Source: Octopus sinensis (Eukaryota). From it: a stretch of 64,000 nucleotides of DNA. This document shows, one piece after another, positions 1 to 11,867 of this stretch. The DNA is taken from assembly GCF_006345805.1 (NCBI RefSeq), contig NC_043011.1:34484464-34548463 (forward strand), written 5' to 3'. The notes below the pieces were generated by a model. It had not been told where the DNA came from. It ran no database searches and saw only the letters and a program-made list of their open reading frames with translations. Position 1 is the stretch's first letter. Every line of letters starts with the position of its first letter. The position numbers were made by a program, and so were the translations under genes.

Positions 1-29
1 CTACTACCACTACCACTACTGGAGTTATT

Positions 30-290
30 GGATATATAGTCTCAGCACTTGAAGGAAGTTTCAGTTGATGAAAGCATTTGAGGTTCTTGATGTCATGATG
101 ATACAATGTTCAGGTTTCACAACCATATAGGGGCATGGATATAAAAACAGCTGGGTAGACTGTAATCTTTGTCTGTGAATACATGTTTTATAAGTTTACT
201 GAAATCTGAATAATCAGACTCAATTCTTTGTTCCACATCTTGCTCAGGATTGCATTTGGTGGAGAGCAAACTTTTAAGATATACAAAAAA
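30..290 (-). mobile_element. RTE-clade LINE fragment (degenerate RT C-terminal region)
   Basis: Minus strand reads VYLKSLLSTKCNPEQDVE and YGCET*TLYHHDIKNLKCFHQ, matching the RTE YGCETWT..LEAFHQ motif. Confidence 0.6.
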
Positions 291-693
291 GTGGCTGTGT
301 GGTAAGTTGCTTGCTTACCAACCAGTTGATTCTGGGTTCAGTCCCACTGCATGGCACCTTGGGGCAAGTGTCTTCTACTATAGCCTTGGGCCAACCAAAG
401 CCTTGTGAGTGGATTTGGTAGACAGAAACTGAAAGAAGCCCGTTATATATATGTTTATGTATATATATGTGTGTGTGTGTGTGTACGTGTGTGTGTTTGT
501 GTGTCTGTGTTTATCCCTGCCAACATCGCTTGACAACCGGTGCTGGTGTGTTTATGTCCCTGTAACTTAGTGGTTCGGCAAAAGAGACTGATAGAATAAG
601 TACTAGGCTTACAAAGAATAAGTCTTGGGGTCGATTTGCTTGACTAAAGGCGGTGCTCCAGCATGGCTGCAGTCAAATGACTGAAACAAGTAA
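291..693 (+). mobile_element. tRNA-derived SINE family 1 (internal TA/TG microsatellite)
   Basis: gtggctgtgtggtaag...ggttcagtcccactg head and ...cagtcaaatgactgaaacaagtaaaa tail. Further copies at 4071-4460, 28075-28472, 29402-29796, 30000-30390 and 49397-49810; partial copies at 2800-3040 and 59018-59183; minus copy at 47650-47925. Confidence 0.85.
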
Positions 694-3051
694 AAAAAAA
701 GGCTGCAGACCAGTTTCCTGGGACATTTTCTAGAGAAATAAGTACGGCACTAAAACTATCAAATATGGTGGCTCAATTTCTCCTGTTTCCCATCATGCAT
801 CAGAAAATGAATGATCTCCATCTAACATGGATAATTACTAGCTCTGTCAAAAACCTGTATGTAAGGTCATGCTCATAACTGCCAGGCCCTTTCTTCACAA
901 TCCACAGCCAGGACTTCACAAGTCTGCTTCACCCGCCTGTGGCTTCTGCTTCTTCTAGCTTTCGTTAAAGAGAAGCAATTACTGGTCTCTTTACATGAAT
1001 CTTTGCCGGATTCATTCAACGCAGCCTTCAGATGTAAAAATTCTCCCAGCCTCACTTTCCTTGGTTATATCACCACATCATGTCTAAGTTTAATCTTGCT
1101 TATTTCAGATATTTTCGTACTGTGATCTTTGTATTTAACACAATCCTTTTGCTGAATCTCTTTATTTTCTTCTCTTTATTCAGTTACTCGGAGTTGTGAA
1201 ACCAAACGATGAGCGATGTCATTTAACAGCAGCTGGAGAATATTCTGAGAGTAAAGTACAGGTATCTTGGATTTTGCCTTTCTTCATTTCTGGTTTTACC
1301 TTAGTAACCCCATGTTTTCATGTTCAATCTCACTGCGTGGCCACCTTGGCAAATTTCTGAACTGACCAAAACCTTGTGAACGGATTTGGTAGCTGGAAAG
1401 TGAAAGAAGCCTGTTTGTGTGTGTGTGTGTGTGTGTGTGGGTGTGCATGCACATGTGTGTGGGTGGATGAGTGGTGTCTATTAGTCTCCTCCTCTTCTCA
1501 TCATGTGATGATTGTAAAGGAGTGTTGTCATTGTAGAAACAGTGTCGTTTGGTTCCAGTCTTTTAGTCATGGGAAAAATATTTATCTTATTTGGAAATAG
1601 GCGATGCTTAACGACAAGAAGGGCATCTGGCCTCAAAAAATCTGCCTCAGTGAATTCCATCTGACCCATGCAAGCATAGAAAAATAGTCATTAAAGTGAT
1701 CATCACCACCACCATCATTATAATAATAATGGTTGCAAATTTTGACACAAGGCCAGCAGTTTGAGGAAGGGGTTAAGTTGACTACATTGACCCCAGTGTT
1801 AAACTGGTACTTATTTTATCAACCCTGAAAGAATGAAAGGCAAAGTCAACTCCATTGGCATTTGAACTTAGAATGAAAAGTCACTAAGCATTTTTTCTGT
1901 TGCAGCAATGGTTCTGCCACCTCCCAGCTGCCTCCTCCTCCTCACCCCTCCTCCTGGTGGTGGTGGTGATGATGATGGTGGTGATGATGGTGGTGGTGGT
2001 GGGGGTGATGGTGGTGATGGTGATGATGATGATGATGATCTCAAATTTTGCCACAAGGGCAGCAATTTTGGGGGTGGGGATAAGTTGATTACATCGACCC
2101 CAGTATTCAACTGGTACTTATTTTATCGACCCTGTAAGGTTGAAAGGCAAAGTCAATCTCAGCGGAATTTGAACTCAGAATGTAGCAATGGGCGAAATAC
2201 TGCTAAGCATTTCGTCCAGCACACTAACGATTCTACCAGCTCACCACCTTAAATAATAATAATAATAATAATGATATATATATATATATATGCTTAAAGC
2301 TGTGTATTGAAACTTACTTGTATTGTGACTCAGGACCACTTGTCAGTTGTAGTCTATGTAGTGACGGACATATATGGAAATAATATCAAGTCTGACAACA
2401 CATGCGAAAGGAATGCAAGTTGGCCTGAAGGTATCAAACCAACAATGAGTAGCAACGAAAAAGGCCTGCATTTCAAAAGTTCAAAAGTGGACCCAGAAGA
2501 ACAGGCAACTGTAGAGTAAACTGTAAATAGTTTTTTAGAAGTTATTAGAAAGCCTTAGTTGTATCTTCCCTGAGAAATGTCATGAATCTTCAGACTTTAG
2601 ATTATGGAGATTCTTGATTCTAGTTCCTGCTAGCCTGGAACCTGAATAGAAAGATAGTCATGAACTGGAGAATTAATGCATGCAGACCATGTTCTCTGTT
2701 TACTATGAATTTCAGATTTGGTACTAAGCCAAATTTCTGATATAGCAGGAATTGGCAAGCCCCACTTTAAAATCCAGCTGAACTAAAAATACATTGGTCA
2801 TATATATGTGTGTGTGTGTGTGTGTATGTGCGTATATGTTTGTGTGTCTGTGTTTGTTCCCCCAACATCGCTTGACAACTGATGCTGGTGTGTTTACGTC
2901 CCCGTAACTTAGCGGTTCGGCAAAAGAGACCGATAAAATAAGTACTAGGCTTACAAAGAATAAGTCGTGGGGTCGATGTGCTTGACTAAAGGTGGTGCTC
3001 CAGCATGGCCACAGTCAAATGACTGAAACAAGTAAAAGAGAGAATAGGAAT

Positions 3052-3162
3052 TTAATCAAACAGCCATATTTAATCAAACAGTCATATATCTAATTAAACA
3101 GCCATATTTAATAAAAAAAGCCATATTTAATCATACACCCTTATTTAATCAAACAGCCATAT
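3052..3162. repeat. Minisatellite, ~18-20-bp unit (atttaatcaaacagccat), about 6 copies
   Basis: Visible degenerate tandem repeat. Confidence 0.8.
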
Positions 3163-3414
3163 TGATATGGCAGTAAACATTACTTCTCAGTATAGTTACT
3201 ACTTACATACCTTATAGAGATTTTCTAAATTTAATCATATGCAGTCAGAAAATGACTCAGCTGAAGGTAAAGGCTTTCAAATGGAAAGAAACAATAATGA
3301 TGAGTCTCAAATGAGCTGGCATGATTCTTGATCTATTGACTGTAGTGGTGATGTAATACTGGTTTTAGATTCCCAGGTTGACAATTCCAGATAATTTTCT
3401 CAGTTTATAAGGTA

Positions 3415-3776
3415 CTAGCAGTATTGCCCGGCGTTGCTCGGGTTTGTAAGGGAAATAACTATATAAGCATTTTTAGAGAGTTATAGCCAAAAAATAGCAA
3501 AAAAATGCATTAAAAATGGAAAAAAAATGATGGTAAATTTTTTTAAAATCGTTGATTCATCGTAGAAAAAATGCATTAAAATGGAAAAAAAATTATGCTA
3601 AATTTTTTTTTAAACCGTAGACTCATCGTAGACGCGCGCTAATACCCAGAAGGGCTCGATATGAATCACGACTATAAGACACCCGGTTTTGGTTAAACTG
3701 CACCGCAAAATGTGGGAGTAGTTAGGAATCTAAATCGTAGGAGACAGACACACAACTTGACTTTTATATATAAAGA
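3415..3776 (-). mobile_element. Non-autonomous Helitron, complete
   Basis: Minus strand A|TC tttatatataaaa ... cccgagcaacgccggg hairpin ... CTAG|T. This gives the 5' TC, subterminal GC hairpin, 3' CTAG, and insertion between A and T. Confidence 0.85.
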
Positions 3777-6700
3777 TTTCTGTTTGGTAGGTTTCAGGCA
3801 TTTTTTTTTTTTTAGTTGAGAGATGTATACTTTTATGTATTTTGCTTGTGAAACTCAAATGCAGAGCACGAGTTACCTCCCCATGGTGATAATTTCAATT
3901 GAATGAAATCAACTGTTCTTGGCCATTTTTCACCTATGGATCCCTTTGATTACTATTTTATTCCAATGGACCCCTGTAGTCATTTGATGTTTAAAAACTA
4001 GTTTTATAGAAAACTTCTTTCAAAGTTCCTATTTTGTTTTTCAAACATTAACTTGTGTAGACTGAACTATAGGCGTAGGAGTTGCTGTGTGGTAAGTAGC
4101 TTGCTTGCCAACCACATGGTTCTGGGTTCAGTCCCACTGCGTGGCACCTTGGGTAAATGTCTTCTAATATAGCCTTGGGCTGACCAAATCCTTGTGAGTG
4201 GATTTGGTAGACGGAAACTGAAAGAAGCTCGTCGTATATGTGTGTGTGTGTGTGTGTGTGTATACGTTTGTGTGTCTGTGTTTGTCCCCCAAACATCGCT
4301 TGACGGCCAATGCTGGTGTGTTTACAGCCCCGTAACTTAGCGGCTCGGCAAAAGAGACTGATAGAATAAGTACTAGGCTTACAAAGAATAAGTCCTGGGG
4401 TTGATTTGCTCGACTAAAGGCATGGCCACAGTCAAATGACTGAACGAGTAAAAGAGTAAAATAGAGTATGAAAAATGTCAGAGAAAGAAAACCTTGCTGT
4501 TTCTAGCAAGACATAACAATACATATCTAAAGCCTCAACCATCTTCAACCATTTTATACCTATGGCCCCCTTTGATTACTGTTTTATTCTGAGGGACCCC
4601 CAATGCCATTCACTGTTTAAAAACTAGTTATATACTAGTTATAAAGAGATATCTTTCAAAATTCCTATTTTGTTAGTCACACAGTCACTTGTGTAGGTTG
4701 AACTATGTAAAATGTCAGAGACAGAAACCCAGCTGTTTCTTGCAATAAACACATCTAAATCAACTCATATATGGAACCCTTAAGAGCCATATAGACCCCA
4801 GTTGAGAATTACTACTTTAGAACATCAAACAAAATACCAATTAGTGTTTAGTTATCATCTTCTACATTTGTCAGGTTATCAGACAGGCCTGACTATACTG
4901 ATGAGGCTCAATAGACAGAAACATGTGCATAGTTCTCCTTTGCTTCTAAACAAAAATCAAATCTTCTCTTTCAGTAAAACACTGCATTGACAGTCTATCA
5001 GATGCTGTCATACATCACTGGTCACAATGCGCTTCCTATATTGTTTTAGCTTTTAAATGATGTCACCTCACTGGTTTAGTCTGTCACAGAGTTACTCATG
5101 TAACAGCTGAGTGGACTGGGGCAACATGAAATGAAGTGTTTTGGTCAAGAACATAACACACAGCCCAGTCTGGGAATTGAAACCATTATCTTGCAGTTAT
5201 TAGTTCAACACTCTGACCACTAAAGCCATATGCATTCATAAATATATAAATTAATTCAGTAACATACCTAATTTTTTTGAGATTATATCCATTTTTCTGT
5301 GAGAGTCACCAGTAAATGCTACTAGTTCAAATTTGAGTTTGAATTCTGCCGAGATCACCTTTACCTTTCATCATTCCACAGTTGATAAAATAAAAGTACC
5401 AGTTAAGTACATTTGTCTGATAAAATATCAATATAAAAAAATTCTAAGGTATTGAGCTGGTAGAATCATTAGCAACCCAGGTGAAACATTTAGCGGTATT
5501 TTGTCTGTCCTTATGTTCTGAATTCAGATTTCACCGAGGTTGACTTTGTCTTTCGTCCTTTCAAGATCAATAAAATAAAAACCAATTGAGTCCTGGGGGT
5601 CAATGTAATCGACCTGCCCCCTCTCTGAAATTGCTGGCCTTTTGCCACAATTTGAAATCGATATATAACATTCTGGATGGGAATTCAAATATAATAGAAG
5701 ACTAAAACAAAAGTGTCTTTGGGTCAATAGGTCAGTCACAGCTGTGCCTTATAACCCATGAGGGCACAACACAGTGACCTCACTAACAATACACCTTGTG
5801 TTCTGTTCTTACACAAGTTTTATTATATGAGTCTGATTAAGCCAGTCATGTTGATGACCAATGTCACTCCTCTCTAACAGTTGGCTACTTTACCAACAAT
5901 GTACAAATACATACATATTCATTTTAATAAATATAGATGTATGATGTAAACTGTATATATATATATATACATAACTGTTTGAAACAGTTTGATTCAGTTC
6001 CATGGTACTTCCAAGTTTTGCAGGACCCTAACAGGAGCTGACTCTTTTTGCCTCTGAAATACCAAATTGTGTGTATGTATGTGTGTGTGTGTGTGTGTGT
6101 ATAAAACATTATATAGGTATAGATATGCATATGTATACATATGTATATATCTACATCCATCCACCCATCCACTCACCGATCAATCTATCTATCTATCTAT
6201 CTATCTATCAATACATATACATATATATATATATATAATGTTTGTTCCTTCTCAAGCCATGCCTGGCTCATAGGGCCGGTTTCCTGGTTTCCTTGGCGTA
6301 TAGGTTCCCCACCTGGATGGGATGCCAGTCTGTTACAGGTGAGCTGCAAGATGCAGGAGGAATGAGTGGGAGAAAGTTGTTGCGAAAGAGTCAGCAGAAG
6401 TTCGCCATTACCTTCTGCCGGAGTCGCGTGGAGTTTAGTCTGAGATTCGAACCTGCAATCACAAGCCCGCTACTCTAACCACTAGGCCATGTGCCTCCAC
6501 ATATATATAGTTTACAGTTCCTTAATAGGTACGGCCAACAAAAAAAAAAAGGTACTCTATCCAGTGAGAGATAAATATCATTTAATATACACAATTATAA
6601 AAGAACTACTAATAGTTTCATGCTTTAAGATACAGTAAATTGGTAGGTATTTACAACATGCCATATATCTCAAGCAGTCTTTCAGGCTCAGTTCATAACA

Positions 6701-7141
6701 TTATGTATCTTAAAGTAGCTCATTTGTAATTTTGTATATTTTATGGCATACATATATCTATTAAAGGAGCAGAGGTTTTTCTCGAGTCATAGGCCCAAAG
6801 GCTCATAAGGCTGTTTTCCTGGATTCTGTGGTGTATGTATTTCCCAGGATTACTCACTTTTGTCAGCAGAGTGGACTGGAGCAATATAAAATGAAATATT
6901 TTGCTCAAAAACGCAGTGCACTACCTGTTCCAGGAATCGAAATCACATTCTTCCAATCACACGTGCAACGTGTTAATCATTAATCCACACACCTCCACAC
7001 ACATACAAATACAAATGTGTGTGTGTGTGTATTTATGTGTGTACGTGTATGTATATGTGTATGACAGTATGTATAGACATACACGGTCATTTATAACTCC
7101 TCAAATTAACAATCCTACTTATGCTGACACAGAAATATGTA

Positions 7142-7218
<77 letters not shown>

Positions 7219-8804
7219 AGTCACTTCAAACAAAATATTTTTATAGCCTATCTGTTCATGACCTAAATACTCTTTAACATACCTAGATGTAGTTTTATGG
7301 TTTAATGGTTTTTAATCCTAGAACACAAGGTTGATGACATATTTTAGATTCTCTGAAGCAATAAATGAAACTCAGTGATGCATGGCAAGATGTAAACCAG
7401 GATTTGTAAAGCATGAATTCTATTCTCCATTATCTATTTATGTTCCAATTTATTATTTTGATTGCTAATTCATCACCTTTCCCCAAAATATTGTTTTGTT
7501 GGGAGACTCTATCTGGTTTTTGGTTGCTTGACCTTGTAGAAATAGCTGCCAAATTTCCTAGAAATTTCACTCTATTATCTGAAAAAAGGAAGGACACATT
7601 ACATGTAATCCCTAAAAAAGGTAAAAATAATCATAGCTAGAATATCATAGTTATACTCAGTCTGGATTGTCCCGGGGCTAAACAGCAATATATTTATTCT
7701 TTAAACTTTTACTTGTTTCACTCATTGAACTGCAGCCATGCTGGAGCACCACCTTCAAAGGTTTTAACTGATCAGGTTGACCTTAGTATTTTTTTTTCAG
7801 TCTTATGCTTGGTGCATTGATCTCTTTTGCTGAACTGCTAAGTTATGTAAACAAACCAACACCAGTTGTCAAACAATGAGGAGAGGCAAAAACCAGAAAA
7901 GACATACCCATACACATACACACATGTACACAAACACGATGAACATCCACACAGTTTCATCTATCAAATTCTCTAAAATAAAATGGGTTAAGGGAAATAA
8001 TTCAAATAGACCAATGACATGTATTTGGACAATTAATTTATGTGGTGACTTAGTGAATGCTGTTGATGATCTTATTTTTAATCATACGAATTATAGAGGC
8101 TACAAATTATATGTAGTGCTATTTTAAAATATGTAGAAATATTTGTCTGTTGATCAGGCAGGTTTGAGTAGATGATGAGTACTTAGGTGTAAAATTTATA
8201 ACTAACAAGAAGACTAGATAAAAACAAATGGAATATATTAAGTTTATGTTCAGAAAAACTAAAAGGAAAAGTCTTTTATGTTTCGAGCATACACTCTTCA
8301 ACAGAGAAAAAGATGAGGTGAGAAAAGAATATACATACTTCAGTTAGATGGTCACTACATACTGAAAAAATATGGTAACACTAGGTCATGGCCACTTTTG
8401 GAGCATAAGCTATCAATGTAAGTTTGAGTAAAATTGGTTGAAAAATGTGGAAATACATAACGACCATACACACATACAAACAGACACACAAATATCTTCT
8501 GTTTTATATATATAGATAAGTATTATGTTGATGAGGCCTAAAAGACCAAAACATGTACTTAGTTGTCCTCACCTGTAAGCAAAGACACCCATAATGATTT
8601 GATGTTTATAAAAATTCCATTACATTTTTGTAATTAAATATTATTAGGAATTGAATAAAAAAAGATCCTGGTGTAATCTGAGAGAGATTCAATCATTTTT
8701 TTGCAGCATGCCATGTGACCATGTAAAGTCTGTCTTATTCACTTCTTCTTTCTTGATGTAGACATTTTCCATCTGATAGAAGTCTTTTTTTTTTATCTTT
8801 GCAG

Positions 8805-8990
8805 GATTACCCGTCTGTCAGCCAGATCAGATCTCAGGTCAATTCGAAAAAGGTCAATGTAATATTTGCTGTTCCCAAAGACCAATTGATGACATACAAG
8901 CATCTATCGAACTTCCTGCTTGGTTCCACTGTGACAACACTACAGAAAGACTCGGCTAACATTTTAGATGTTATTAAGTCAAATTATCGG
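8805..8990 (+). CDS. Integrin beta exon A (betaI domain C-terminus)
   Basis: tttgcag|GAT...CGG|gtaagt; [62 protein letters not shown]; phase 0/0. Confidence 0.95.
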
Positions 8991-11455
8991 GTAAGTTATT
9001 GCACACTTTTTACATTACATGCTGGCTTCTCTCCTCTAATTTCTTTATTGCCCACAGGGGAGCGTCTTATCTTAGGTTGATCCTATCTTTGTGAGTGAAA
9101 TCGATTCAGTGTTATCCTATTGGATAAATAATAAACCATTTTTGTTCTTAACTGGTAAACCTAATCCATCACTTAGTTTAACACTAGCTGAATGTTCATA
9201 CACATCAAGAACAGGCAACACATTACCAGGTGGAGTTCCTCAATTCATTTCAACTACCAGGATTCCTGCCACATATTCTGATCATGAAAACAGGTGCTCC
9301 CATAATGCTTTTAAGAAACCTTGATGCACGCAGACTCTGCAATGGAACAAGGCTGGTTGTTGAAACAGCCATGCCCCATGTGTTGGAAGCAACAATAATT
9401 ACAGGCAACATGATCTGTAAGAATGTCTTCCTTCCAAGGATCCCTCTCATCTCAAATCATCTCTCCTCTCAGTTCAAGAGACTGCAGTTTCCTGTCAAAC
9501 TGAGCTTTGCAATGTCTATCAACAAAGCACAAGGTCAATCTCTAGAGGTGGTGATAATGAACCTCCTTCAACCATGCTTCTCAGCTGTATGTTCGATGTT
9601 CCAGAGTTGGAGATGATAAGAACCTCTATATTCTCAGTGATAAACATGACAAGACAGAAAACATAATATATGAAGAAGTACTTACATGAATAGTATGTGC
9701 ATGTAATGTACAGAAGCATAAAACTATTGAATGTTAAAAGTAAGAATTACTTTCTGAGAAATACACTAATCTTATACTACAAGCAAAGAGTACTGTAAAT
9801 CTTCAAGTATAATTCACATTTTTTCCCCAAAATTGAAAGGTCAAAATTCCTAGTGCATACTATATACAAGGTTAAAAATGAAAAATATCTTCTAAGCAAT
9901 GTCCAAGTCTCTATTGCCTGTCCAGCAATGTTTATTCAGATGCATTTTGTGATGTCAGGCGCGAAAATATCTTAAGCTAAGCCTGAAAGCAATGAAGTCA
10001 TAAAAGAATCATCCATAACTTGCAGTAAGCAACACTTATTAAAATAAAAGTATTCAGAACACAGAATAACATGTGACAAAAACAATTTGTAAACATGTTT
10101 ACATTCCCATATAATAGTTAAGAATATCACCATTATTGTATTACGCATGTGCAGAAGTGTTTGTTCAACTAGGTGCTTCTGGCTTAATTACACACGACTC
10201 AAGTTAGAGAAGGGGTGTGTATTATACTCAAGGGCAGACTATACTCGAGGATTTACGGTACTGTGTTAAAGGTACGAGTTTATAACCTGAGTTAAACTGG
10301 GTTTTTCTGCTTATATCTATCTATCTGACTGTCTGTCTGTCTATGTGTATGTATGTATATATATATCTATATATGTATAAATAAATAAATAAATAAATAA
10401 ATATATATATATCATCATCATCATCATCGTTTAACGTCCGTTTTCCGCGCTAGCACGGGTTGGACGGTTTCGACCGGGGTCTGGGGAGCCAGGGGCTGCC
10501 CCAGGCTCCAGTCTGGTCTGGCAGTGTTTCTACAGCTGGATGCCCTTCCTAACGCCAACCACTCCGCGAGTGTAGTGGGTGCTTTTTACGTGCCACCTGC
10601 ACAGGTGCCAGAGGGGTCTGGCATCGGCCACGGTCAGTTGGTGCTTTTTATGTGCCACCTGCACAGAAGCCAGTCGGCCACGTTCGGATGGTGCTTTTTA
10701 TGTGTGGGGGGGGGGTGCAGAAATATAGGGGAGCACCAGTAGGGAGGGGTGTTCGGAGAAACGATGACAGGTTCTAGACAAGTAGAACGTAGGATATCAC
10801 GAGAGGGGTAATGCATGGTGAAATAGCGTATTGAAGAGGGGGGGTTCGAAGAGTAGACACCTATAATGGTGGTGGGAGAAGCGACATCCGGTATAGATGG
10901 AGCAAAAATATAGAGATATCCGGTGGTGGTGGGGGCGGGCAAGGGCGGATGCACCGCGAATACGCGAAGGTTGAAAGACGAGAGAGCGAGGACTTGGACG
11001 GGCAAAATTAATAAAGGGACGGAGAAATTATCGGTACATAATGATGAGAGGAATTAGGGAATACAATGACAACTGCTTAAGCGTATTAGTAATTAGTAAG
11101 TAGATAAAATAGATAGATAGATAAAAACATAATCAAGAAATGAAGCACGTTACTTGACGGGCTGGCTTAAAAATGCTCTTAGCAATGGAAGGGGGGAAGG
11201 AAGAGGGGGAGGGCAGACAACGTAAAAGAGGGAGAGAGAGAAAGGGAATAGTGGAACCCCGCGAAAATCGACCGCCATTGAAAACCCCTGTATGGAGAAA
11301 CTTAAATATCTATTCTGTATTTAGCGAGACACGAGGCCGGAACCGATGGTCAACGATAACTAATAAATTATACATAATATGCAATACGAGGCGAAGCTGA
11401 AAATAATAATAATAAACAAATTGACGACTGGGGATCAAAGGGATAATACTACTAC

Positions 11456-11489
<34 letters not shown>

Positions 11490-11828
11490 CAGCTTAACCA
11501 CTAGAGATCAGACAAATTTGCATGAGAATATTACTGGTACAGATTACGGGATGAATTAGATTAGAAAGATTTTCTTATCTTGGAAACATTTCGTTTTCGG
11601 CCTGACACGGCAGAATGGATTTGAAATCAAGAAATGAGGCACGTTACTATACATATATATATATATATATATATATAGTTAAAAGACTGGTACATATCCA
11701 ATATTGGATATTTCTTTGAACATTCTGTCAGAGTATTCTACTAGCCAATCGCATGGTATAATTGGCTAGTAGAATACTCTGAGAGAATGTTGAAAGAAAT
11801 ATCCAATATTGGATATGTACCAGTCTTT

Positions 11829-11867
<39 letters not shown>

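Noticed and set aside
2307-2519. 70-aa ORF considered as the upstream integrin exon
   Set aside because: It lacks the expected GIxxPNDGxCHL motif and convincing splice sites, and looks more like a decayed LINE. No upstream integrin exon was found in 1-8804.
4892-4933. Functional hammerhead (also ~8518-8561)
   Set aside because: Stem II is broken and the triplet is GUG, or the core is mutated; kept only as relics.
9230-9616. Host PIF1 helicase gene
   Set aside because: Intronless, truncated, frameshifted and intronic; the motifs are of the Helitron type.
10634-11005. 123-aa minus-strand ORF
   Set aside because: It spans the junction of two repeats, has a non-ATG start and shows no recognisable domain.
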